Assembly (NCBI GenBank): GCA_965224465.1
Contig: OZ245049.1
Coordinates: 3,840,001 to 3,872,000, forward strand
Reading direction: 5' to 3'
DNA length: 32,000 nt
Source of the DNA: Flavobacteriaceae bacterium
Lineage (GTDB): Bacteria; Bacteroidota; Bacteroidia; Flavobacteriales; Flavobacteriaceae
Shown here: one piece after another, positions 9,394 through 17,700 of the stretch
Numbering within the stretch: the stretch's first letter is position 1
Layout: every line of letters starts with the position of its first letter
Notes under the pieces: generated by a model
What the model saw: the letters and a program-made list of their open reading frames with translations, nothing else
Database searches by the model: none
What the model was told of the DNA's origin: nothing
Program-made: the position numbers and the translations under genes

Positions 9394-9502
9394 TACAATT
9401 ACACTCCAAAATAACCGATATAAATAGGTTGTTTTACGTGCTGTCGTTGTTAAAAAATAGTACGATAGCTAAGCTACCCTTCCATTTTTTACCTAGTTAT
9501 AA
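9394..9502 (+). repeat. Left (L) module only, tandem unit 1 of 3
   Basis: tacaattacactccaaaataaccgatataaataggttgtttt...acctagttataa aligns to the L modules and is followed immediately by the next L unit. Confidence 0.85.
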
Positions 9503-9612
9503 TACCAATTAAAACCCAAAATGACCTATATAAATAGGTTATTTTTTGTTCTAGCGTTGTTAAAAAATAGAACGATAGCTAGGCTATCCTTAGATTTTCC
9601 GCCTAGCTATAC
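9503..9612 (+). repeat. Left (L) module only, tandem unit 2 of 3
   Basis: taccaattaaaacccaaaatgacctatataaataggtt...gcctagctatac repeats head-to-tail with a 109-110 nt period. Confidence 0.88.
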
Positions 9613-9772
9613 TACCAATTAAAACCCAAAATGACCGATATAAATAGTCTATTTTACGTGCTAGCGTTGTTGAAAAATAGAACGATAGCTATGGCTATCC
9701 TTCCATTTTCCGCCTAGCTAGAACAAAAAAGTAATTCTATTTCTAAAACGTCACTTGGGAATTTAATGGGTA
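9613..9772 (+). repeat. Full-length 160-nt modular repeat, copy 3 (L 9613-9720, R 9721-9772)
   Basis: It runs taccaattaaaaccc...gggaatttaatgggta. Its last nt abuts the lrp/asnC stop codon at 9773-9775. Confidence 0.9.
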
Positions 9773-10240
9773 TTACATCTCAATTTGCCTATCAATTTGC
9801 TGGTCTAAAGAAATAAAAGTTTCCGTTCTCGCGACTCCTTTTATGGATTGGATATCAATGTTTAATAGTTTCATTAAGTGCTCATTATCACGACATAGGA
9901 TTTTGATAAAGATGGCGTAGTTTCCGGTGGTATAATGACTTTCGATTACTTCAGGAATTTCTTTCAAGCGTTTGATAGCAGAGGAGTATTTACTGGCTGC
10001 ATCTAAGAAAATACCTACATAAGCCAATGTTGTATAACCAAGTGCTTTTGGGTTGATGATAAGTTTAGAGCCTGCCAATAGACCCGAAGCTTCCATTTTT
10101 CGCAATCGTTGGTGGATGGCAGCACCAGAAATTCCAATTTCTCGGGCAATTCCTAGGATGGGGGTTCTTGCATCGTTCATTAATCGTTTTAAGATTATTT
10201 TATCAATACCATCAATATGTAGTTTTTTTTCTTTCATCAC
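9773..10240 (-). CDS. Lrp/AsnC-family transcriptional regulator
   Basis: The N-terminal HTH (DKIILKRLMNDARTPILGIAREIGISGAAIHQRLRKME) is followed by an AsnC-type ligand-binding (RAM) domain. At 155 aa it has the typical size. Confidence 0.9.
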   Translation of the reverse strand: MMKEKKLHIDGIDKIILKRLMNDARTPILGIAREIGISGAAIHQRLRKMEASGLLAGSKLIINPKALGYTTLAYVGIFLDAASKYSSAIKRLKEIPEVIESHYTTGNYAIFIKILCRDNEHLMKLLNIDIQSIKGVARTETFISLDQQIDRQIEM

Positions 10241-10261
10241 TTTTGATTAGAAAGTAAATAT

Positions 10262-10306
10262 AAAAAAATAGCGAATATGAAGAATCATATTCGCTATTTT
10301 TATTTT
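10262..10306 (-). terminator. Rho-independent terminator after accB-accC
   Basis: The 15-bp stem aaatagcgaatatga/tcatattcgctattt (10266-10280 and 10285-10299) has the loop agaa. It is flanked by A-runs and T-runs on both sides and lies just downstream of the accC stop at 10317. Confidence 0.85.
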
Positions 10307-10316
10307 TTATACGGAT

Positions 10317-11666
10317 TTAATCTTCTATAGGTTTCAATTCGAAATCCTCCATAAATTTAGTGGTATAATTACCCGCTACATAATCTGGGTGTTCCATTAA
10401 TTGTCTGTGGAATGGGATGGTAGTTTTAACACCTTCAATTATAAATTCGTCCAAGGCACGTTTCATTTTGTTAATGGCAGCCGTTCTTGTTTGAGCGGTT
10501 ACAATTAGTTTAGCAATCATAGAATCGTAGTTAGGCGGAATTGTATAGCCAGAGTATACATGTGTATCAATACGCACTCCATGCCCTCCAGGGGTGTGTA
10601 GTGTCGTGATTTTACCTGGTGATGGTCTGAAGTCGTTAAAAGGGTCTTCAGCGTTAATTCTACATTCGATAGCGTGTAGTTTAGGTAAATAGTTCTTGCC
10701 TGAAATTTTAATACCAGCGGCTACCTTAATTTGTTCTTCTATTAAATCGTAATCGATTACTTGTTCTGTAATAGGGTGTTCTACTTGAATACGGGTATTC
10801 ATTTCCATAAAGTAGAAGTTGCGGTTTTTATCTACCAAAAATTCGACAGTACCAGCACCTTCATATTTAATGTATTCGGCAGCTTTTACAGCTGCATCTC
10901 CCATTTTTTTACGCAAAGCAGTGGTCATAAAAGGCGAAGGAGCCTCTTCTGTTAATTTTTGATGGCGACGTTGTACGGAACAATCACGTTCGGATAAGTG
11001 ACAAGCAGTACCTTCACAATCGCCAATAATTTGAATTTCTATATGGCGTGGTTCTTGAATCAGTTTTTCCATATACATGTCGTCATTACCAAAACAAGCT
11101 TTTGCTTCTTGGCGAGCGGCATCCCATAATTCTACTAATTCTTCTTTTTTCCAAACGGCACGCATTCCTTTTCCTCCACCTCCTGCAGATGCTTTTAACA
11201 TCACAGGGTATTTCATTTCCTCGGCTAGTGCCAATGCATCTTCTGCAGTTGCTAGCAATCCAGTAGATCCTGGTATGATAGGTACGCCAGCTGCTTTCAT
11301 GGTGTCACGTGCAGAAGCTTTATCTCCCATGCGGTCAATCATTTCGGCAGTAGCTCCAATAAACTTAATTTGGTGATCTTCACAAAGCTTTGAAAACTTA
11401 GAGTTTTCGGCTAGAAAACCATATCCAGGGTGAATGGCGTCTGCATTGGTGATTTCTGCAGCAGCAATAATATTGGACATTTTTAAATAGGATTCTGCGC
11501 TAGGGGGTGGGCCAATACATACCGCTTCATCTGCAAATCGAACATGCAAACTATCGGCATCAGCAGTGGAGTATACCGCTACAGATTTGATTCCCATTTC
11601 TTTACAGGTTCGGATGATACGTAGCGCTATTTCACCTCTATTGGCTATTAATATCTTTTTAAACAT
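10317..11666 (-). CDS. accC: Acetyl-CoA carboxylase, biotin carboxylase subunit
   Basis: [26 protein letters not shown] is the expected N-terminus. It has the ATP-grasp glycine loop GGGGKGMR and [14 protein letters not shown]. Confidence 0.96.
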   Translation of the reverse strand: MFKKILIANRGEIALRIIRTCKEMGIKSVAVYSTADADSLHVRFADEAVCIGPPPSAESYLKMSNIIAAAEITNADAIHPGYGFLAENSKFSKLCEDHQIKFIGATAEMIDRMGDKASARDTMKAAGVPIIPGSTGLLATAEDALALAEEMKYPVMLKASAGGGGKGMRAVWKKEELVELWDAARQEAKACFGNDDMYMEKLIQEPRHIEIQIIGDCEGTACHLSERDCSVQRRHQKLTEEAPSPFMTTALRKKMGDAAVKAAEYIKYEGAGTVEFLVDKNRNFYFMEMNTRIQVEHPITEQVIDYDLIEEQIKVAAGIKISGKNYLPKLHAIECRINAEDPFNDFRPSPGKITTLHTPGGHGVRIDTHVYSGYTIPPNYDSMIAKLIVTAQTRTAAINKMKRALDEFIIEGVKTTIPFHRQLMEHPDYVAGNYTTKFMEDFELKPIED

Positions 11667-11744
11667 AACAGTAAATGTTTGCTAAAATAATTTCTTATAG
11701 GTGCTTAATTACAGCGTTTTAAAAATTATTTTAAGGTGAATAAA

Positions 11745-12227
11745 CTAAGAAGGGTCTACCAAGAATAATGGTTGACCAAATTCTACCGGGCTAGAATCAT
11801 CTACTAATATTTTAACGATTTTACCAGTTACTTCTGCTTCAATTTCGTTAAATAATTTCATAGCTTCAATGATACAAACTACAGATTCTGGAGTTACGTT
11901 ATCTCCAACTTCTGCAAATAATGGTTTGTCTGGTGTAGGACGCCTGTAAAATGTTCCAATAATTGGAGAGGTAATTGTGATGTATTTAGACGATTCGTCT
12001 GAATTGTCACTTGTTGTTGGTGCCGCTTCTGTAGTTGCTGGTGCAATTGGTGCGGCTGCCATTGGCATTTGAGGAATTCCTAATGGTGCTTGGTGTAAAA
12101 TAGTTGTTTCTGTTTTACCCGATCCCGTTCTTATTGTGATTTTCACATCTTCCATTTCAAGCTTTACTTCGCTTGCTCCAGATTTTGCTACAAATTTAAT
12201 AAGATTTTGAATTTCTTTTAAATCCAT
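11745..12227 (-). CDS. accB: Acetyl-CoA carboxylase biotin carboxyl carrier protein
   Basis: It has a Pro/Ala-rich linker and the biotinyl-lysine motif IEAMKLFNEIEA. It sits immediately upstream of accC. Confidence 0.95.
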   Translation of the reverse strand: MDLKEIQNLIKFVAKSGASEVKLEMEDVKITIRTGSGKTETTILHQAPLGIPQMPMAAAPIAPATTEAAPTTSDNSDESSKYITITSPIIGTFYRRPTPDKPLFAEVGDNVTPESVVCIIEAMKLFNEIEAEVTGKIVKILVDDSSPVEFGQPLFLVDPS

Positions 12228-12311
12228 GTCTAAAAGGTTTTAGTTGATAATTAGTTTATAAGCTTTCTAAGTGTAGTTTACTTGTCAAGCTGTAATTGTT
12301 TAATCTTTACT

Positions 12312-13307
12312 TTATGAATTATAAGCCCATTTAAGATATATAGCCCCCCAACTAAATCCTCCTCCAAAGGCGGCAAAAATAATAGTGTCTCCTTTTTTAA
12401 GTTGGGATTCGTAATCGGCAATTAACATGGGTAATGTTGCCGAAGTTGTGTTTCCGTGGTTTTCGATATTCATCATTACCTTGGAAGGGTCTAGTTTAAT
12501 GCGACGTGCTGTAGCATCTATAATCCTTTTGTTAGCTTGGTGTGCGGCTAACCATGAAACGTCTTCATTTGTTAAATTATTACGCTTTAGTATTTTTTCA
12601 CTTACATCTGCCATGTTAAAGACAGCGTTTTTAAATACAGTTTGTCCATCTTGGAAAACATAATTTTCTCCCTTTTCTTTGGCTTCTTCTGTAAGTGGAT
12701 AAGAGGATCCTCCCGCTTTTACACGTAAAAATTCACGTCCTATTCCATCTGTTCGTAGGTATTCGTCTTGCAATCCATAACCATCTGTGTTTGCTTCGAA
12801 AAGTACAGCTCCTGCTCCATCTCCAAAAATAATGCAAGTGGCTCTGTCTGTATAGTCAATCATCGAAGAGTTTTTATCGGCTCCAATAAGTAATACTTTT
12901 GAATACCTGCCAGACTCAATAAATTTTGCGGCTGTAGACATTCCAAATAAGAAACTCGAACAAGCCGAATCTAAATCAAAAGAAAATGCGTTTGTTGCGC
13001 CAATTCCGGATGCTGTAAAAGCAGCTGTAGAAGCGGCCTGCATGTCTGGAGTGGCAGTAGCAACAATTACTAATTCTATTTCTTTAGGATCGAGTCCTTT
13101 TTTCTCAATAAGGTTTAATCCAGCTTTGATAGCCATGTATGAAGTACCTTTTCCTTCTCCTTTTAAGATACGACGTTCTTTGATTCCAGTACGCGAGGTG
13201 ATCCATTCATCATTTGTATCTACCATTGTTTCTAGTAGTGTATTGCTAAGTACAAAGTCAGGAATGTATTTACCCACGGCTGTAATTGCAGCTGTAATTT
13301 TAGTCAT
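12312..13307 (-). CDS. fabH: Beta-ketoacyl-ACP synthase III
   Basis: Its active-site contexts are DLDSACSSFLF (Cys), AAHQANKRI (His) and HGNTTSATLP (Asn). Confidence 0.94.
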   Translation of the reverse strand: MTKITAAITAVGKYIPDFVLSNTLLETMVDTNDEWITSRTGIKERRILKGEGKGTSYMAIKAGLNLIEKKGLDPKEIELVIVATATPDMQAASTAAFTASGIGATNAFSFDLDSACSSFLFGMSTAAKFIESGRYSKVLLIGADKNSSMIDYTDRATCIIFGDGAGAVLFEANTDGYGLQDEYLRTDGIGREFLRVKAGGSSYPLTEEAKEKGENYVFQDGQTVFKNAVFNMADVSEKILKRNNLTNEDVSWLAAHQANKRIIDATARRIKLDPSKVMMNIENHGNTTSATLPMLIADYESQLKKGDTIIFAAFGGGFSWGAIYLKWAYNS

Positions 13308-13410
13308 AATTGGTTTCTTTTATATCAGAAAATCAGGTTCAAAGTAATGAAATATATTTTAGATTGTGCTCTAAAAATTACATTAATTCATTATGCATAC
13401 ATAATAAACG

Positions 13411-13439
13411 AAAAAAGCCCTCGTAATGAGAGCTTTTCC
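13411..13439 (-). terminator. Probable rho-independent terminator or attenuating hairpin after rpmF
   Basis: The imperfect hairpin gccctc-gtaat-gagagc (one mismatch) is flanked by aaaaaa and tttt. It lies about 20 nt downstream of the rpmF stop. Confidence 0.5.
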
Positions 13440-13457
13440 TATAATTTTGAATTTTGA

Positions 13458-13655
13458 TTATGCTTCAACAGCATCTTCAGCGTCAATTACAATTTGACCA
13501 CGGTAGTACAATTTACCTTCGTGCCAATGTGCACGGTGGAACAAATGTGCTTCACCAGTTGTTGGATCAACAGCAATTTGTGGTGTGGTTGCTTTGTAAT
13601 GAGTTCTTCTTTTATTTCTTCTCTGTTTCGAGATTTTTCTCTTAGGATGTGCCAT
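13458..13655 (-). CDS. rpmF: 50S ribosomal protein L32
   Basis: [21 protein letters not shown] is the canonical L32 N-terminus. The protein is 65 aa. Confidence 0.95.
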   Translation of the reverse strand: MAHPKRKISKQRRNKRRTHYKATTPQIAVDPTTGEAHLFHRAHWHEGKLYYRGQIVIDAEDAVEA

Positions 13656-14212
13656 TAATCTGTATTTTTATCTGTTATTATCTCCTTTAATTTTTCCCAC
13701 CGTGGGTCAACTTCGTTTGTATTTTCGTTTGTCTTTTGTGACTCTCTTCTTTGAGTTTCGTAAGCGTTTAATTTTTCTAATACGTCAGATTTAAGTGTGC
13801 CGTCCTCAACTCCAGGGTGCACTCTCTTTGCCGGTAATGCCAATACAATTATTTCAAATAAGTATTGAGAAATGTCTAGTTGGTATTCAGAATAAGGTAA
13901 AATGAGTAACGCTTCGTTTTCATCATTAAACTCTTGTCCAAACTTTACCAACAAGGGCATTTTTATTGCAATAGGCAAATCAAATAACTCGTTTGTGACG
14001 TCGCAAGCAACGTTAATACTTCCAGAAATGTCGAAATCTAATTCAAACATTGTAGGTTTTTTAACAAACTTTACTGCAACGGTAAGGCTGCAATCGTTAA
14101 AATCTTCATAATTAAAAATATCAAAGAACGCTTTATTAATTTGATACTCAAATTGATGCTCTCCTTCTTTCAATCCTGAATAAGGAATCATAAATTCTTT
14201 TAATGCTTTCAT
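13655..14212 (-). CDS. yceD: YceD/DUF177 family protein (large-subunit ribosome accumulation factor-like)
   Basis: It holds the conserved position directly upstream of rpmF. Its stop overlaps the rpmF start (TAATG). The C-terminus is acidic and the size fits DUF177. Confidence 0.8.
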   Translation of the reverse strand: MKALKEFMIPYSGLKEGEHQFEYQINKAFFDIFNYEDFNDCSLTVAVKFVKKPTMFELDFDISGSINVACDVTNELFDLPIAIKMPLLVKFGQEFNDENEALLILPYSEYQLDISQYLFEIIVLALPAKRVHPGVEDGTLKSDVLEKLNAYETQRRESQKTNENTNEVDPRWEKLKEIITDKNTD

Positions 14213-14286
14213 TAGAAACCAATTTGAGCGTGCAAAGATATGAATTTATTCAAACTTTAGTACGCTGTTTTTAAAAAATATACATT

Positions 14287-15330
14287 TTATACCTTATTTT
14301 TTGTTTTTAAGGCATTTTTGCACAGTGTATTATATTCTTTTCTTGTTTTAAATAGTTGGATTGCTGTAAAAATAGCTTCTTTAAAAGAGTTGATGTCTGC
14401 TTTGTTTTTTCCTGCTATTTCATAGGCTGTACCATGGTCTGGAGAGGTTCTAATTTCACTGAGCCCAGCGGTATAGTTTACGCCATTCCCAAAGGATAAA
14501 GTTTTAAATGGTGCCAATCCTTGGTCGTGATACATAGCCAAAACTCCGTCAAAAGATTTGTAGCTGTTAGATCCGAAAAATCCATCTGCGGCATACGGGC
14601 CATAAACAAGTTTTCCTGTTTTCTGAATCTCGTCTATTGTTGGTCGTACTATTTCGTCATCTTCCTTGCCTATTACTCCATGATCCCCACAATGTGGATT
14701 CAGTCCTAAAATGGCAATTTTTGGACGCGTAATACCAAAATCTGTTACCAGGGTTTTGTACATAATAGCTACCTTTTTCTGAATCAATTCGGGAGTAATA
14801 GTACGTGCTATCTCAGAAATTGGAATATGTCCAGTAATTAATCCTACGCGTAATGTATCGGTCATTAAAATCATTAAGCTTTCGCCTTCTAGTTTTGATT
14901 CTAAATATTCCGTATGTCCAGAAAATTTAAAGGATTCACTTTGTATGTTTTCTTTGTCTATAGGTGCAGTTACTAAGACGTCAACGTCCTTGTTTATAAG
15001 TGCTTCCGTAGCGGCTTCTAATGATTTAAAAGCGTATTCTCCTGCTTCTTTACGTGCGATTCCATGGGTTACGACAATGTCTTCTTTCCATAGGTTTACA
15101 ACGTTTAGTTTGCCTTCTTGGCAGTGTGATACCGATTTTGCGCTATTTATTTGTGCGTGTAAAGGCATGTTTTTTTTATAAGCAGATATGGCTTTTGCAG
15201 AAGCAAAAATAATAGGGGTACAAAAGTCCATCATTCTTTTATCTGCAAATGTTTTAAGGATGATTTCTAAGCCAATTCCATTTAGATCTCCAATAGAAAT
15301 TCCTATTTTTATTTTGTTCGTTTTCTCCAT
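14287..15330 (-). CDS. pdxA: 4-hydroxythreonine-4-phosphate dehydrogenase
   Basis: It carries the motifs GDLNGIGLEI, GLNPHCGDHG and SPDHGTAYEIAGK, which are characteristic of the PdxA family. Confidence 0.92.
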   Translation of the reverse strand: MEKTNKIKIGISIGDLNGIGLEIILKTFADKRMMDFCTPIIFASAKAISAYKKNMPLHAQINSAKSVSHCQEGKLNVVNLWKEDIVVTHGIARKEAGEYAFKSLEAATEALINKDVDVLVTAPIDKENIQSESFKFSGHTEYLESKLEGESLMILMTDTLRVGLITGHIPISEIARTITPELIQKKVAIMYKTLVTDFGITRPKIAILGLNPHCGDHGVIGKEDDEIVRPTIDEIQKTGKLVYGPYAADGFFGSNSYKSFDGVLAMYHDQGLAPFKTLSFGNGVNYTAGLSEIRTSPDHGTAYEIAGKNKADINSFKEAIFTAIQLFKTRKEYNTLCKNALKTKNKV

Positions 15331-15348
15331 TAATCAACGTTATTATTG

Positions 15349-15356
15349 TACTTTTG
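15349..15356 (+). promoter_or_regulatory. Candidate Bacteroidota -7 promoter box (TACTTTTG) for ribE
   Basis: It matches the TAnnTTTG consensus and lies 35 nt upstream of the ribE ATG. No clear -33 TTG occurs at canonical spacing. Confidence 0.35.
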
Positions 15357-15361
15357 ATACA

Positions 15362-15369
15362 CAAAAGTA
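15362..15369 (-). promoter_or_regulatory. Candidate Bacteroidota -7 promoter box (TACTTTTG on the minus strand) for pdxA
   Basis: caaaagta on the + strand reads TACTTTTG on the minus strand. It lies 32 nt upstream of the pdxA ATG at 15330. Confidence 0.35.
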
Positions 15370-15390
15370 ATCAATAAAATTGATAAAAAT

Positions 15391-15981
15391 ATGTTTACAG
15401 GAATTATCGAGAGTATGGGGACGGTAAAAAAATTAGTTTGGGAGGGTGATAACCTTCATGTGACCGTTTCGTGTGATTTCACAAACGAGCTTAAGATTGA
15501 TCAAAGTGTTGCTCATAATGGTGTTTGTTTAACGATTGTTCATTTAAATAATGATGAATATACCGTAACTGCCATCAAAGAAACTATTGATAAAACTAAT
15601 TTTAAATCTATTGAAATTGGTTCTAAAATTAATTTGGAGCGTGCCATGGTTTTGGGAGCGCGTCTAGATGGGCATATTGTTCAAGGACATGTAGATCAAA
15701 CAGCGATATGTACAGGTGTTAAATCTGCAAATGGGAGTTGGTTTTTTTCTTTTAAATTTGATGAAGGACCAGAGAATATCACCATAGAAAAAGGCTCTGT
15801 TACCGTAAATGGTACAAGTTTAACAGTAGTTAATTCTGTAGGAAACACTTTTGAAGTAGCAATTATTCCTTATACCTATGAGCATACAAATTTCCACACC
15901 TTTAAAGAAGGAACCATCGTTAATTTGGAATTTGATGTGATTGGGAAGTACGTGGCAAGATTAATGGAAAAAAGAGCTTAA
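15391..15981 (+). CDS. ribE: Riboflavin synthase (alpha subunit)
   Basis: It begins MFTGIIE and has an internal duplication of lumazine-binding repeats (GVCLTIV... and NGTSLTVV...). The protein is 196 aa. Confidence 0.94.
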   Translation: MFTGIIESMGTVKKLVWEGDNLHVTVSCDFTNELKIDQSVAHNGVCLTIVHLNNDEYTVTAIKETIDKTNFKSIEIGSKINLERAMVLGARLDGHIVQGHVDQTAICTGVKSANGSWFFSFKFDEGPENITIEKGSVTVNGTSLTVVNSVGNTFEVAIIPYTYEHTNFHTFKEGTIVNLEFDVIGKYVARLMEKRA

Positions 15982-16050
15982 TTAACGGGAAAAGGCGTGT
16001 GTTCAATTTGATCCAATACGGCTATGTATTAAATAATTATTTTACAACAT

Positions 16051-16087
16051 AAAAAAGGCGTTGATTTGTTTAGATCAACGCCTTTTT
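16051..16087. terminator. Bidirectional rho-independent terminator between convergent ribE and frr
   Basis: The stem ggcgttgat/atcaacgcc is 9 bp (16057-16065 and 16074-16082). It is flanked by aaaaaa upstream and ttttt downstream. Confidence 0.85.
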
Positions 16088-16105
16088 GTTTATTTATAAA
16101 AGTGC

Positions 16106-16660
16106 TTATACTTTCATTATTTCAATTTCTTTTTCAGAGGCCAAACGTTCTGATTTTTCAGTATAAGTTTTGACTAGATTTTGAATGTCAATTTCTGCAT
16201 TTGCTTTTTCATCATCCGAAACATCCGTGTTTTTAATTTCTTGCATCGCTTCTTTACGATCGTTACGCAAACTTATTTTTGCCTTTTCTGATGCTGCTTT
16301 CGCTTGTTTTGCTAGCTCTTTACGTCTGTCTTCCGTAAGTGGCGGTACTGCTATGATAATAATATCACCATTATTCATAGGGTTGAATCCTAAATTTGCA
16401 AACATAACTCCACGCTCTATTTCTTGAAGCATGTTTTTTTCATACGGTTGCACAGTAATAGTGTGCGCATCCATTGTGCTTACATTTGATATTTGACTTA
16501 GAGGGGTTTGTGTTCCGTAATAATCTACCATTACACTTGCCAGCATTGCGGGAGTTGCTTTCCCTGCTCTAATGCGTCTAAATTCTTTTTCTAAGTGGAC
16601 AATAGAATCATTCATGGATTCTTTTGTGCTGTCTATAATGAATTTTAATTCTTCGTTCAT
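16106..16660 (-). CDS. frr: Ribosome recycling factor
   Basis: It is 184 aa, contains RIRAGKATPAML...VDYYGT, and has a charged helical C-terminal half. It sits downstream of pyrH, as in most bacteria. Confidence 0.95.
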   Translation of the reverse strand: MNEELKFIIDSTKESMNDSIVHLEKEFRRIRAGKATPAMLASVMVDYYGTQTPLSQISNVSTMDAHTITVQPYEKNMLQEIERGVMFANLGFNPMNNGDIIIIAVPPLTEDRRKELAKQAKAASEKAKISLRNDRKEAMQEIKNTDVSDDEKANAEIDIQNLVKTYTEKSERLASEKEIEIMKV

Positions 16661-16684
16661 GTGTGTAAATATAATAATACAGTT

Positions 16685-17392
16685 TTATTTATCAACGATT
16701 GTACCAATTTTTTCTCCTGAAACTACTCTTTCTAGATTTCCATTGGTGTTCATGTCAAATACCACAATTGGCAATTCGTTTTCTTGACTCAATGTAAAGG
16801 CGGTCATATCCATTACTTTTAAGTTTTTTTTCAGAACTTCTTTGTACGTTATGGTGTCGTATTTGGTAGCAGAACTGTCCTTTTCTGGGTCTGCAGTGTA
16901 TATTCCGTCTACACGCGTTCCTTTTAAAATTACCTCAGCTCCTATTTCTATGGCTCTTAAAACGGCAGCTGTATCTGTTGTGAAATAGGGGTTTCCTGTT
17001 CCACCAGCAAAAATTACGACACGTCCTTTTTCTAAATGACGGACTGCTTTTCTCTTAATAAAAGGCTCTGCCACTTGTTCCATTTTGATAGCTGTTTGCA
17101 AACGTGTTTGTACATCGGTGTCTTCCAAAGCACTCTGTAATGCCAATCCGTTGATAGCCGTAGCAAGCATGCCCATATAATCTCCTTGTACGCGATCCAT
17201 CCCGTTACTGGCACCTGCAACACCTCTAAATATATTACCTCCACCTATTACAATGGCTACTTCTGTACCCATTGCTACAATGTTTTTTATTTGTTCCGCA
17301 TATTCTGCAAGACGTTTTGGATCTATACCATATTGACGTTCGCCCATTAAAGCCTCGCCACTCAATTTTAATAAAATTCTTTTATAGCTCAT
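16685..17392 (-). CDS. pyrH: UMP kinase
   Basis: It contains [18 protein letters not shown] and [11 protein letters not shown], motifs of the amino-acid-kinase-fold UMP kinases. Confidence 0.95.
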   Translation of the reverse strand: MSYKRILLKLSGEALMGERQYGIDPKRLAEYAEQIKNIVAMGTEVAIVIGGGNIFRGVAGASNGMDRVQGDYMGMLATAINGLALQSALEDTDVQTRLQTAIKMEQVAEPFIKRKAVRHLEKGRVVIFAGGTGNPYFTTDTAAVLRAIEIGAEVILKGTRVDGIYTADPEKDSSATKYDTITYKEVLKKNLKVMDMTAFTLSQENELPIVVFDMNTNGNLERVVSGEKIGTIVDK

Positions 17393-17411
17393 AATAATAT
17401 AAAAAGTTATG

Positions 17412-17419
17412 CAAATATA
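17412..17419 (-). promoter_or_regulatory. Candidate -7 promoter box (TATATTTG on the minus strand) for pyrH-frr
   Basis: caaatata on the + strand reads TATATTTG on the minus strand, matching TAnnTTTG. It lies about 20 nt upstream of the pyrH ATG at 17392. Confidence 0.35.
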
Positions 17420-17590
17420 TACAATAGTTAGCTTGTTCTGTTACTTGAGATGCTAGGTTTATTAAAAATTATCAAACGGTATATAGATAAGGGGGGTTTT
17501 GTTTTGTGAGATCGTGTGTTTTTTGTGCTGGTAATGTCCTTATTATTTGAAATTAGGATTTTATTCCCTTATGGAGGAGGTATGGAGTGT

Positions 17591-17652
17591 CTACATTTGT
17601 TGTGATGGTTTAGAAACAACCTATTTATATCGGTTATTTTGGATTGTTGGTG
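17591..17652 (-). repeat. Truncated (deletion-derivative) copy of the 160-nt repeat family, inverted orientation
   Basis: The reverse complement is caccaacaatccaaaataaccgatataaataggttgtttctaaaccatcacaacaaatgtag. A 30-nt exact match to the L-module 5' part of 9394-9502 (tccaaaataaccgatataaataggttgttt) is fused to an R-module-like tail (tttctaaac...aaatgtag, compare 8996-9022). Confidence 0.8.
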
Positions 17653-17700
17653 TTATTCCAAGAGACTATTGATGTAGGTAGGCTTGTGCTTTATCCCTTA

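Noticed and set aside
8510-9772. Possible CRISPR array, because direct repeats occur in an ORF-free region.
   Set aside because: The repeat units are 108-110 nt and 52 nt, far longer than CRISPR repeats. They abut one another directly, so there are no unique spacers of regular length. No cas genes or leader-like organisation are present in the window.
8510-9772. Integron attC sites or tRNA-like genes within the repeat units.
   Set aside because: No cassette ORFs or intI gene are present. The units lack the RYYYAAC...GTTRRRY boundary arrangement. I could not fold them into a cloverleaf with a T-loop (GTTCRANYC) signature.
1-10240. A possible asparagine-themed regulon: asnS, ansA and an AsnC/Lrp-family regulator all within 10 kb.
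   Set aside because: The three genes are separated by unrelated operons (rpoN, Ton system, tRNA, peptidase). Lrp/AsnC regulators are abundant and functionally diverse. The sequence gives no support beyond proximity.
15331-15390. An FMN riboswitch upstream of ribE.
   Set aside because: The entire intergenic region is only 60 nt, whereas an FMN element needs about 130 nt or more. None of the conserved FMN-riboswitch core sequence is visible.
17461-17610. A G-rich tract (aaggggggtttt) and a ggaggaggtATGgag mini-ORF in the pyrH-nagB gap, as a possible leader peptide or riboswitch.
   Set aside because: The ORF is only 7 codons. Bacteroidota generally do not rely on Shine-Dalgarno pairing. I could not find a convincing conserved structure. 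The segment lies downstream of nagB's terminator and upstream of pyrH's promoter-like box, so it is more simply spacer DNA next to the repeat remnant.
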